Shown piece by piece: positions 24,488 to 32,000 of a stretch of 32,000 nucleotides of DNA. Position 1 is the first letter of the stretch. Every line of letters starts with the position of its first letter. Source of the DNA: Ktedonobacterales bacterium. Lineage in GTDB: Bacteria > Chloroflexota > Ktedonobacteria > Ktedonobacterales > JADMIN01. The DNA lies in assembly GCA_030167145.1 (NCBI GenBank), contig CP126532.1, forward strand, positions 2,040,001 to 2,072,000, written 5' to 3'. The notes beneath the pieces were generated by a model. That model made no database searches, was not told the DNA's origin, and saw only the letters and a list, made by a program, of their open reading frames with translations. A program made the translations under genes and the position numbers.

Positions 24488-25719
24488 GCGTGCGCCCTCC
24501 TGCCAGCCTGCCCATTCGGCGCTGACCGCACCCGAAGGGCCGCCAGGCGTGCGCTCAGGGCGCGCGTCAGCACGCTACCGAAATCACCCAGCGCGGGCAG
24601 CGGGTCGCGCCAATCCAGCACCGAATAGACGTTTTTGCCGAAGAGCGACTGCGCATACGCGAGCGGTGTGGTCATGCCGGCGCGCATCAACTGCACGCCC
24701 GCTGGCAGATCGGTGATGGCGCGGAGCCAGCGCGCTCCATAGCGCGGTGTGGCTGGCTGCGGCGCATGGCCCAGAATGTCGCGGTAGTGAATGTAGGGGA
24801 AATCCAGCCCACAGGCGCGACACAAGCCATGCCAGCCCCAGGGCCGTACATTGATATCCAGCAGCTTATACTGGTGGTCGCGGGGGTCGAGCTTGAACTC
24901 CACCTCGGCCATGCCCGTGACCCCCATGAACCGCAGCACGCGATCCGAGAGGTCATAGAGTTCCGGCACTTCTACCGCCCGCACGAAGCTGCTGCCCAAC
25001 CCATAATCTATCGGATACTGGCGGATGCGTTGCGCTGTCATCCGTAGCACTGGCTCGCCATCTTTGCAGTAGTTCGCCACGGAATACTGCTGTGTGCCGC
25101 CACCGGGAATGATCTCCTGGATCATGATTTCGTCGGCGCTGATGATGCTCGCCGCACGCGCATACTGGCTGCGTAGCTCGTCCAGATTGTTGGCGGGCAG
25201 CGCCTTCAGCCGGATGGCATATTGCAGATGCACCGAGATTGCCGGCTTGACGATCACCGGATAGGTGATATCCAGGCCATCCAGTTCATCTACACTCGCC
25301 GGATACCACGTCTGGGGATACGGCACACCAGTTTCGCGCGCCATGCGATCCGTCAGCCGCTTATCGCCTGCCCAGCGCAGCACGCTCCAATCTTGGGTGG
25401 CAAGCTGATAGACCGCGCCCAATTGCTCATGGTGGCGGGCTACAAGTTCCACCACCTCGTCTTGCATCGGCACCAGCACCCAGCGTTCCAGCCCATGCTC
25501 TTTCGCCAGGCGCAGCAGATAGGACACGAATGCTGGATCTTCCATCGAATCTGGCCAGGTGAAGCGTTGCGTCACATAGCGCGAATACCACGCCGAACGC
25601 GGCGTGGTATCAATCACCGCGCAGGGGATGCCATGACGCCCCAGGCTACGCGCCACCGCCAGTGCCTTGAAGTCGCTGCCGAGCAGCACCGCGCCGATGT
25701 TCTGCTTCCGCACTGCCAT
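24484..25719 (-). CDS. ATP-grasp family carboxylate-amine ligase
   Basis: 411 aa. ATG 25719 has AGGTAGG upstream. Pre-ATP-grasp region (VLLGSDFKALAVARSLGRHGIPCAVID) is followed by an ATP-grasp core (YPVIVKP..., MIQEIIPGGGTQQYSV..., GMAEVEFKLDPRDHQYKLLDINVRPWG). Confidence 0.75.
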   Translation of the reverse strand: MAVRKQNIGAVLLGSDFKALAVARSLGRHGIPCAVIDTTPRSAWYSRYVTQRFTWPDSMEDPAFVSYLLRLAKEHGLERWVLVPMQDEVVELVARHHEQLGAVYQLATQDWSVLRWAGDKRLTDRMARETGVPYPQTWYPASVDELDGLDITYPVIVKPAISVHLQYAIRLKALPANNLDELRSQYARAASIISADEIMIQEIIPGGGTQQYSVANYCKDGEPVLRMTAQRIRQYPIDYGLGSSFVRAVEVPELYDLSDRVLRFMGVTGMAEVEFKLDPRDHQYKLLDINVRPWGWHGLCRACGLDFPYIHYRDILGHAPQPATPRYGARWLRAITDLPAGVQLMRAGMTTPLAYAQSLFGKNVYSVLDWRDPLPALGDFGSVLTRALSARLAALRVRSAPNGQAGRRAHA

Positions 25720-25822
25720 ACGTGTTCCTACCTGATTCTTTCAGATGTCCAGCGGTGTCCCCGCGACCTCTCGCTGGGGTCGCAGGGAAGGCGCTGGGGA
25801 TGAGGTTCCGCCCCCGCGAGGA

Positions 25823-27055
25823 CTATGCCTTGCCAGCGAGCGCGGCGCTCGTCTCGCTCTGGCCCACGCCAACGCCCGCAAATACCGGCTGGCGCATCTG
25901 CCGCTCGGCATGCCAGCGAATCTGCCGCGCGCTGACCTTGGCGCCCGCGACGAACCGGCAGAGCGGCCCGAAGTTGTAGCTGGCAATCGCGCCCGCGAAG
26001 TAGAGATTGGGCGCTGACGACTCGAACCAGCGGTTGAGCACCGGAAAGCCGTCGTGTTGGGCAAGCTCCTCGCGCAGCGCCGGATCGAGGAAGGGGAGGC
26101 GCTCCAGATGTGGGCGATAGCCCGTTCCTAAAAAGAGATGATCCACCGTTTGGCTCGTGCCGTCGCTCAAGTCCAGCCGCAGCGCGTCGCCTTCCGGCGT
26201 GGCGCGCACGATCTCCGCCTCGGTCACGCCGACCAAACCCTCGACCCGATGCCGCAGCCACGGCGCGCCCGACGGACGGATCGCGCGCTGCTCTACGCGG
26301 GCGCGTGTCTCTGCGGGCAACTGCCGGAACAGCAACGGGAAGTGAATCAGCCAGTTGTATCCCGGTGGCCCCACATCGCTAGAGGGGTAGAAGACATGCT
26401 TCGCTGGTCCGGTGTAGCGGTAGAGCTTGCGGTTGATCCACACCACTGGCCCGCGTGCGATGATCTCCACCTCGGCGGCCCCAACCTCGTGCAGGAACGC
26501 CGCCGTCTGCACGGAACTCTGCCCGCGCCCCAGCACCGCGACGCGCTTGCCCTTGAACTGCTCGAAATCCTTATGCACCTGGGTATGCGTCGCCAGCGAA
26601 GAGGGCAGGTCGCGCGCAAACGCCGGAATCTCGGCGAAGGATTCGATGCCGACGGCCACCACCACCTGGCGCGCCTTGAGGCTGCGCCCATCCGCGAGTT
26701 CCACGTGAAACTGCTCGCCGTCGCGCGTTAGCCCATGCACATAGGTCGGGTCTACGTGCGAGACGGTCTGCTGCTGAAACCATTTCCCATACTTTACAAA
26801 GTAGGGCAGCGGGATTGGCTCGCGGTGTAGCGCCTGAATCGCGCTGGTGTAGCGGTCCAGGTTGTACTCTGCGGTGGGGTCGGCAAGCGATGAGGCCGAC
26901 CAGACGGACTTCAGGTGCATGCCATCTGGCATGTTCGCCCAAAATTGCATCGTCTTGCCAAACACCTGCACGGGCAAGCCGCGCGCTTCGAGATACGCGG
27001 CGATGGAGAGGCCATACGGCCCCGCCCCTATCACGACAACAGGATCATCATTCAC
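25823..27055 (-). CDS. FAD/NAD(P)-binding oxidoreductase, flavin-monooxygenase-like
   Basis: 410 aa. GTG 27055 has GGGGAG 9 nt upstream. Two dinucleotide-binding motifs (VVVIGAGPYG and VAVLGRGQSS) and a C-terminal LFLGTGY...LYFAG pattern, as in two-Rossmann flavoprotein monooxygenases/reductases. Confidence 0.7.
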   Translation of the reverse strand: MNDDPVVVIGAGPYGLSIAAYLEARGLPVQVFGKTMQFWANMPDGMHLKSVWSASSLADPTAEYNLDRYTSAIQALHREPIPLPYFVKYGKWFQQQTVSHVDPTYVHGLTRDGEQFHVELADGRSLKARQVVVAVGIESFAEIPAFARDLPSSLATHTQVHKDFEQFKGKRVAVLGRGQSSVQTAAFLHEVGAAEVEIIARGPVVWINRKLYRYTGPAKHVFYPSSDVGPPGYNWLIHFPLLFRQLPAETRARVEQRAIRPSGAPWLRHRVEGLVGVTEAEIVRATPEGDALRLDLSDGTSQTVDHLFLGTGYRPHLERLPFLDPALREELAQHDGFPVLNRWFESSAPNLYFAGAIASYNFGPLCRFVAGAKVSARQIRWHAERQMRQPVFAGVGVGQSETSAALAGKA

Positions 27056-27413
27056 GGCGGGTCACTCCCCTGAGAAGATGGTTGCGCGGCGCATCCAAAT
27101 GTCTGCTCGGCGGCGCTACGCGGTGCGCGCTGGGCTGATTGCCCCGTCGGAGCCACATGTTAGATACCCCCGACATATCCCAAAGTAGCATTCGGGTGTT
27201 CTCATGTGATGTTTATATCGGTAGAGAGTCAGTGTAATTGCGGCGCCTCTGGGGAAGACAGCGTAACCAGCGCGCGGTGAGGTGGTAGCGGGACATACAC
27301 CCAGGCGCATCTTCACTACCCCATCTTCACAGCCGATAACACCGCGCCGTCATGGGTGTTGCGCTACTCTTGAATGGAGACCTGCACCAGAACAATTGTG
27401 AGGTGGTATTGCC

Positions 27414-28433
27414 GTGCAACGTACATTTGAGATCATCTTCCGCCATCCCTGGCGTCTCCTCGCCATGTTGATCCTGATTCCCGCCGTCTCCCTTGCCGCC
27501 GTCTCCTTCCTGCCACGCAGCTATGAGGCCACCGCGACCTTGTTCAGCTTGCATCGCTATTCGGTCATCGGCTCGACTGGCTCAGAGAGCGATCTGCTCT
27601 CAACCCCCGCTGAAACCCAGGCGACCACCCTGACGGAACTGCTCCAGACCAGGCTCTTTTGCCTGGCGGTAGCCAGCGAAGCCACGCTCGATACGACCCT
27701 CGACGCCGCTACGCGCGCCGATCCGCAGAAGCGCGACGACGCGCTCTATAAGGATCTCTCGACACATGTCCTGGCGGTGGCACAAGGCGCGAATCTGGTG
27801 ATCATCACCTACGACAATAAGAGTCCACAGATGGCGCAACAGGTGGTCCAGGCGGTGATTGACCAGTACGCCAGCCAGGGCGTCAGCTATGCGATCATTG
27901 ACGGACAGCGGCAACTCAGCGTCTACCAGACGCAACTGGCCAACGCGCAGAAACAGGCGAGTACGGCAGCGGCAGCGGAGGCGCAATACATCGCCCAGCA
28001 CCCCACCATGTCTCACGCTGATCTGTTGAACAATCCCCAATATGTTCTGCTCCATGCGCAGACCCTTCAGGCGCAGAGCACCGTGCAGAATCTGCAAACC
28101 AGCATCGCCACACTCAACCAGAGCATCGCCGTGATCCAGGGTGGTAATAAGTCGAGCACGCTCTTCTCTGTGGTGGATGCGCCGGTCGTGCCTACGAAGG
28201 CCGTCTCCCGGGTCAAGCTCTTCCTGCTCGGTGGCATTGGTGGATTGGTCGGTGGATTGCTCGCCTGCGCGCTCTATCTCGTGCTGGCTTTCCGGCGCGA
28301 CCGAGCTATCTATTCTCCCATGGATGTGGCGAAAGTGACGGCTCTTCCGGTTCTTACGTTACTTCCTGATATATCGCCGCGCCGCGCATCGCTGGCAATA
28401 TCAGGCCCGTTCGCCGGAATTCTCTCGCGCTAG
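27414..28433 (+). CDS. Wzz/GumC-like polysaccharide co-polymerase (chain-length determinant), PCP-2b-like
   Basis: 339 aa. GTG 27414 has GAGGTGG 7 nt upstream. N-terminal TM (LLAMLILIPAVSLAAVSF followed by PRSYEATATL), a long Gln/Ala-rich helical middle, and a C-terminal TM (LFLLGGIGGLVGGLLACALYLVLAF). Confidence 0.7.
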   Translation: MQRTFEIIFRHPWRLLAMLILIPAVSLAAVSFLPRSYEATATLFSLHRYSVIGSTGSESDLLSTPAETQATTLTELLQTRLFCLAVASEATLDTTLDAATRADPQKRDDALYKDLSTHVLAVAQGANLVIITYDNKSPQMAQQVVQAVIDQYASQGVSYAIIDGQRQLSVYQTQLANAQKQASTAAAAEAQYIAQHPTMSHADLLNNPQYVLLHAQTLQAQSTVQNLQTSIATLNQSIAVIQGGNKSSTLFSVVDAPVVPTKAVSRVKLFLLGGIGGLVGGLLACALYLVLAFRRDRAIYSPMDVAKVTALPVLTLLPDISPRRASLAISGPFAGILSR

Positions 28434-28514
28434 CCTTCCGCACCGGCCCGTCATTAGGCGCCCACCATTGATTGCACATCAACCATCAACCATTGAACTT
28501 GCGAGGAGTACGAC

Positions 28515-29348
28515 ATGGCGATACACAGGGAAGCGACGCTGGACGGCGACACGGCGCATGATGATGACGACGCGGTAGCGACCTCACCGCGCGGCGCCGT
28601 GCGTATCGTGCCATCCGTGCCATCGTCATCGTCCTCCACCGCGCCAGACATCACTAATCGGCGTCTGAGTGGCCACGACGACAAGGACAAGGCGGTTGCC
28701 CGACCCCGCACAGATCGTGATGCCGCCAATAGCCGATTCATCCAGGAGCAGTGCCGCAAGCTCTGCCTTTCCGTCTTCTTCCGTGAATCCTCGCCGGTCC
28801 GCAGCATTGGTTTCACCAGCGCACTCGGCGGCGAAGGCAAGACCTTCGTGGCGCTCACGACCGCTAGCATCCTGGCCAACGATAGCGCTGACCCCGTCAC
28901 CTATATCGAATGCAACTGGGAACACCCCACCATCCACGACCATTTCAACCTGCCGCCCTCGCCGGGACTCGCCGAGTGGCTGCGGCAAGAGGCAAGTGAA
29001 GCTGAGGTGCGTCACCAGGTCGCGCCGAACCTCACCGTCATACCCGCTGGTAATGCCAGAGATGGCGCGGTGAAGCTGTTGCGCCTGCTCCGCGAGAAAA
29101 GCACCGTCGGGCAGCTCAGCGGCACGCAAGACCTGGTCGTCGTCGAGCTGCCGCCAATCGTCTCCTGCTCGTATGGCCCTCTGGCCGCAAGCATTGTCGA
29201 ATCGCTAATTGTTGTGGTGCGCTCTGGCGCGACTCCTGAACCGATCTTCGCCGAGGCCTGTTCACAGCTCAAGAACCTGCCCGTCGAGGGTGTTCTGCTG
29301 AATCAAGTCCGCAGCCGCATTCCCGCGTGGCTCCGGCGCATACTCTAG
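28515..29348 (+). CDS. CpsD/CapB-type BY-kinase-like P-loop ATPase, no C-terminal tyrosine cluster
   Basis: 277 aa. ATG 28515 has GAGGAG 7 nt upstream. Walker A SALGGEGKT, LTVIPAG motif, Walker B-like DLVVVELPPI. A ~95-aa acidic/Ser-rich N-terminal extension is present. The C-terminus LLNQVRSRIPAWLRRIL contains no Tyr. Confidence 0.75.
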   Translation: MAIHREATLDGDTAHDDDDAVATSPRGAVRIVPSVPSSSSSTAPDITNRRLSGHDDKDKAVARPRTDRDAANSRFIQEQCRKLCLSVFFRESSPVRSIGFTSALGGEGKTFVALTTASILANDSADPVTYIECNWEHPTIHDHFNLPPSPGLAEWLRQEASEAEVRHQVAPNLTVIPAGNARDGAVKLLRLLREKSTVGQLSGTQDLVVVELPPIVSCSYGPLAASIVESLIVVVRSGATPEPIFAEACSQLKNLPVEGVLLNQVRSRIPAWLRRIL

Positions 29349-29366
29349 TCAGGAGGAACGCCGCGC

Positions 29367-29501
29367 ATGGTCACGATTCTGGGCCTGCTGATGATATTCC
29401 TCGCCATCGGCATCTTCACCCGGCGGTTCAACCGGCTGACGCGCACACTGGTCGTGGTCATCGTCGCTGGCGTGGTGCTGCGCCTCTACCTGGGCGGTTG
29501 A
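29367..29501 (+). CDS. 44-aa two-TM micro-protein (below the ORF-track length cut-off)
   Basis: AGGAGG (29351-29356), a 10-nt spacer, then ATG 29367. Product MVTILGLLMIFLAIGIFTRRFNRLTRTLVVVIVAGVVLRLYLGG; stop TGA 29499-29501. Third codon positions are almost all G/C, as in neighbouring genes. It sits 18 nt after the previous stop and 7 nt before the next start. Confidence 0.55.
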   Translation: MVTILGLLMIFLAIGIFTRRFNRLTRTLVVVIVAGVVLRLYLGG

Positions 29502-29508
29502 AGACATC

Positions 29509-31134
29509 ATGAAGATCCTGACCCCAACGCCGTCGCCCATCACCGCCGACACCCCCACCACCATCCCGGCCCTGCTCACCTGGCGCAGGCGTAGCGACCG
29601 CAGCCTCTTCGCGTTGATTCTGGTTGGCGCTTTGGTGGTCACGCCGCTGCTGACGCTTGCGGGGGGGGTATTCGGCTTCGGGACGATCATTGCGCTGTTG
29701 GGGGCGCTGCTTGTTACGGTGCTGATCGTGCGCTGGCCGGTGGTCGGCTTCTTCCTGACTACGGCGTGCGTGGTGCTGATAGAGCAAGAGGCGTTAGCCT
29801 TTCCAATCTTCACCGACCGCCTCAACATCTTCTATTGGCCGCCGCGCCTGGCGGGTCTGCCCGAACGCCCCATTGGCCTGCTGCTGCTCTTGCCGCTCTT
29901 TGTCGTGCTCTGCCGCCGTCTCGCCACGCGCCAGACGCCGCTCCAGCTTGGCGCGCTTTTCGCGCCACTCGCGCTCTTCATCGGTTGCGTGGTCATTGGT
30001 GTGCTGCATGGTATGGCGGCGGGCGGCGACACCAAGATCATCGTCCTCGAAGTTCGCCCATTTGAGTATCTCTTTCTGGCGTACCTGCTAGCCTACAATC
30101 TCGTCGCCACGAAGCAACACCTCAAGCTGTTCTTCTGGATCGTTATTCTGGGCGCGGGCGTTAAGTCGCTGCAAGGCATGTACATCGTCTACGGGATACT
30201 TGGTGGTCACTTTGCGGACAAGAATGAGATCATGGCGCACGAGGAATCGTTCTTCTTCGCCGCGCTGCTGGTGCTGGTCGTCCTGTTCTGCCTGCAATAC
30301 CGCTACCGCGCGCAACTCTATACCGCCCTCGCCATTCTGCCGTTCTTGCTTATCGCGCTCGTCGCCAACAACCGCCGCGCCGACTATATGGCGTTTCTGA
30401 TCGGCGCGGTTATCGCCTGGGTGCTGGTGATCGTCGTCGCCAGCCCGCGCGCCCGCACGAAGCATCTGCTGGTGTTCGCGTTCTGCGCTGTGCTGGGATC
30501 GGGCTATCTGGTCATATTCAGTCACGCCAGCGGCTCGTTCGCGGAACCGGCGCGCGGCATCGTTGCCTCGATCCACCCCGACCCATCTGATACGCGCGAT
30601 GTCCTCTCTAACCTCTACCGCGATTTCGAAAACGCTGACCTGAAATACACTGCCAAGCAAAGTCCCGTCATTGGCTGGGGCTTTGGCAGACCATTCCTGC
30701 AGCCACTGGTTCTCCCCAACATCATCACCCTTGATCCCTACTACCTCTATATCCCACACAACACGATCTACTGGATCATGATGCGACTGGGCATGATTGG
30801 CTTCTTCGCGTTCTGGTATTTCATCGCGGCCATCATCATTCGTGGCGTCCACATTCTCCGGCGGCTCAACGACCGCTATCTGCAACTGATCGCGATCTAC
30901 ATCGTCGCGATTACCTTCATGGAAATTGTCGTCGCCTACGCCGATTATCAGCTCTTCTTCTATCGCAACGTCATCTATCTGGGCCTGCTCGTCGGCATCC
31001 TGATGAAGCTCCCCGCGATTGACGCCAGCAGTGACGCCAGCGCCCAAGCCGTGCCTACGGCAGAACAGGCGGCGCAGAGGCCAGATATGCAGCCACGGAA
31101 AGACATCCAGAAAGAGGCGGTCGCGCCCCGATGA
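29509..31134 (+). CDS. Wzy/O-antigen-ligase-like polytopic membrane protein (putative polymerase)
   Basis: 541 aa with about 10 or more hydrophobic helices and a central loop. The layout is consistent with the O-antigen ligase/Wzy_C family. Hydrophilic C-terminal tail. The stop overlaps the GT4 start (ATGA at 31131-31134). Confidence 0.65.
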   Translation: MKILTPTPSPITADTPTTIPALLTWRRRSDRSLFALILVGALVVTPLLTLAGGVFGFGTIIALLGALLVTVLIVRWPVVGFFLTTACVVLIEQEALAFPIFTDRLNIFYWPPRLAGLPERPIGLLLLLPLFVVLCRRLATRQTPLQLGALFAPLALFIGCVVIGVLHGMAAGGDTKIIVLEVRPFEYLFLAYLLAYNLVATKQHLKLFFWIVILGAGVKSLQGMYIVYGILGGHFADKNEIMAHEESFFFAALLVLVVLFCLQYRYRAQLYTALAILPFLLIALVANNRRADYMAFLIGAVIAWVLVIVVASPRARTKHLLVFAFCAVLGSGYLVIFSHASGSFAEPARGIVASIHPDPSDTRDVLSNLYRDFENADLKYTAKQSPVIGWGFGRPFLQPLVLPNIITLDPYYLYIPHNTIYWIMMRLGMIGFFAFWYFIAAIIIRGVHILRRLNDRYLQLIAIYIVAITFMEIVVAYADYQLFFYRNVIYLGLLVGILMKLPAIDASSDASAQAVPTAEQAAQRPDMQPRKDIQKEAVAPR

Positions 31135-32000
31135 ACATCCTCGTCGTCACCCTCAACGTGCCGCGTCCATCCTGGGGCGCGGGCACCCGCAACTACCAGT
31201 TGTTGCGCGCCATGGGCGAGCGCCATCGCGTCTCGCTTTTCGCGCTCGCGGAAGATGCCCCGGCGGGCGAGCGCGACGCCGATTCGCTGCGCGAATTTAC
31301 CCGCGCTGTGTATGTCGTCCCTGTACCGGCGATCCAGCGTAAGCGCCTGCAACAGTTGCTCTGTGTCGCGCGTGGGCGCTCCTACTGGCTTACCGCCTAC
31401 TGCCCACCAGCGGCGGGTGCTGCGCTTGCGGCGCTTTGCCAGCGCGAGCACTTCGACGCGGTGGTTTTCGAGAGCGTGCTGGTCGCGGGCTACGCCACCC
31501 CGCCAGGCGCGCGGGTGATCATTGACCAGCACAACATCGAGCACGAATTGGTCTGGCGGACGTATGAGCAGGAGACCTCGCCTCTGCGCAAATGGTACAG
31601 CCGCATGGAATACACCCAACTCAAAAAGGGTGAACTGGAGCGCTGCCGCCGCGCTGATGCCATCCTCGTCACCAGCGAGCGCGAGCGTCTGCTGCTGGGC
31701 AAGCTGCTGCCAGAGAGCGTGATCGCGGTTGCGCCCAACGGGGTGGACCTGACCACTTTCTCGGCTGCGCCGCTCGACGGTGGCATGACCGAAGAAGTAG
31801 CCGACCGCATCGTCTTTACCGGAACGCTCGGCTACTATCCCAATGAGCAGGCCGTGCTGCACTTCGCTGAGCGCTGCTGGCCGCTGATCCGCAAGCAGGT
31901 TCCCCGCGCCACCTGGCAGATCGTCGGCAGCAATCCGCCCGACTCGGTGCGGCAACTCGGTGTGCTTCCGGGCGTCACGGTCACTGGGACAGTGCCTAGC
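31131..32000 (+). CDS. GT4-family (GT-B fold) glycosyltransferase, 3' end outside window
   Basis: Absent from the ORF track because it runs off the window. My manual translation from ATG 31131 is open to base 32000 (290 codons). It begins MNILVVTLNVPRPSWGAGTRNYQLL, contains IIDQHNIEHEL, and ends with the start of the C-terminal domain IVFTGTLGYYPNEQAVLHFAERCWPLIRKQVPRATWQIVGSNPP. Confidence 0.8.
   Translation, partial: MNILVVTLNVPRPSWGAGTRNYQLLRAMGERHRVSLFALAEDAPAGERDADSLREFTRAVYVVPVPAIQRKRLQQLLCVARGRSYWLTAYCPPAAGAALAALCQREHFDAVVFESVLVAGYATPPGARVIIDQHNIEHELVWRTYEQETSPLRKWYSRMEYTQLKKGELERCRRADAILVTSERERLLLGKLLPESVIAVAPNGVDLTTFSAAPLDGGMTEEVADRIVFTGTLGYYPNEQAVLHFAERCWPLIRKQVPRATWQIVGSNPPDSVRQLGVLPGVTVTGTVPS

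Noticed and set aside
28479-28492. Tandem heptamer TCAACCA TCAACCA and duplicated ACCATTGA in the Wzz / BY-kinase spacer
   Set aside because: There are only two copies of a short motif in an 81-nt spacer, and no supporting structure beyond a 5-bp stem. This is within chance expectation.
30088-31955. Minus-strand ORFs 30088..31047 (319 aa) and 30975..31955 (326 aa)
   Set aside because: They are antisense to the Wzy-like and GT4 genes, which have clear family features. Their products are Arg/Asp/His-rich low-complexity sequences.
5108-32000. Idea that this is an exosortase/PEP-CTERM-type EPS locus (the FemAB-like, deacetylase, chain-length determinant, kinase-like, ligase-like and GT4 set is reminiscent)
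   Set aside because: No exosortase gene and no PEP-CTERM-tailed protein is visible in the window, and the deacetylase does not look like that subfamily by eye. This cannot be claimed without HMM searches and wider genome context.

Overview
High-GC bacterial chromosomal window. Hand counts put coding regions mostly well above 60% G+C. GGAGG-type Shine-Dalgarno (SD) sites are common, and four gene pairs overlap as ATGA (start/stop). I can support 27 protein-coding genes (two cut by the window edges), one short Rhs-core pseudogene fragment, a few hairpin terminators and two sigma70-like promoter candidates. I recognised no rRNA, tRNA, CRISPR array, transposase or integrase. Content: (i) 1-4.9 kb holds the tail of a BNR/sialidase-like gene and a ~1340-aa secreted protein with a triplicated LamG-like / choice-of-anchor-D-like module. 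(ii) A Wzx/Wzy-type glycan (EPS/capsule/O-antigen-like) pathway is split into two blocks. Block A (5.1-9.6 kb) has a deacetylase, a Gfo/Idh/MocA oxidoreductase, the initiating phosphoglycosyl transferase and a FemAB-like transferase. Block B (22.2-32 kb) has a Wzx flippase fused in frame to a hexapeptide acetyltransferase, an ATP-grasp ligase, a flavin oxidoreductase, a Wzz-like co-polymerase, a BY-kinase-like ATPase, a 44-aa membrane micro-ORF absent from the ORF track, a Wzy/O-antigen-ligase-like protein and a GT4 glycosyltransferase. (iii) A 12.7-kb wedge separates the blocks. It carries a ~1045-aa XRE-HTH/P-loop/TPR STAND-like regulator, a membrane-anchored NTF2-like protein, a stand-alone degenerate cNMP-binding-domain protein and an orphan OmpR-type response regulator. 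It also carries a ~1 kb lower-GC non-coding gap, a GH(clan A)-discoidin-SGNH tri-domain enzyme, a hicAB toxin-antitoxin pair, a zinc-ribbon-M48 metalloprotease, and a ~1.5 kb lower-GC islet with an Rhs/YD core relic and three small orphan ORFs. All family calls rest on motifs I recognise by eye, not on database searches. The taxon cannot be determined here; a high-GC monoderm such as Chloroflexota (Ktedonobacteria-like) or Actinomycetota is only a guess.
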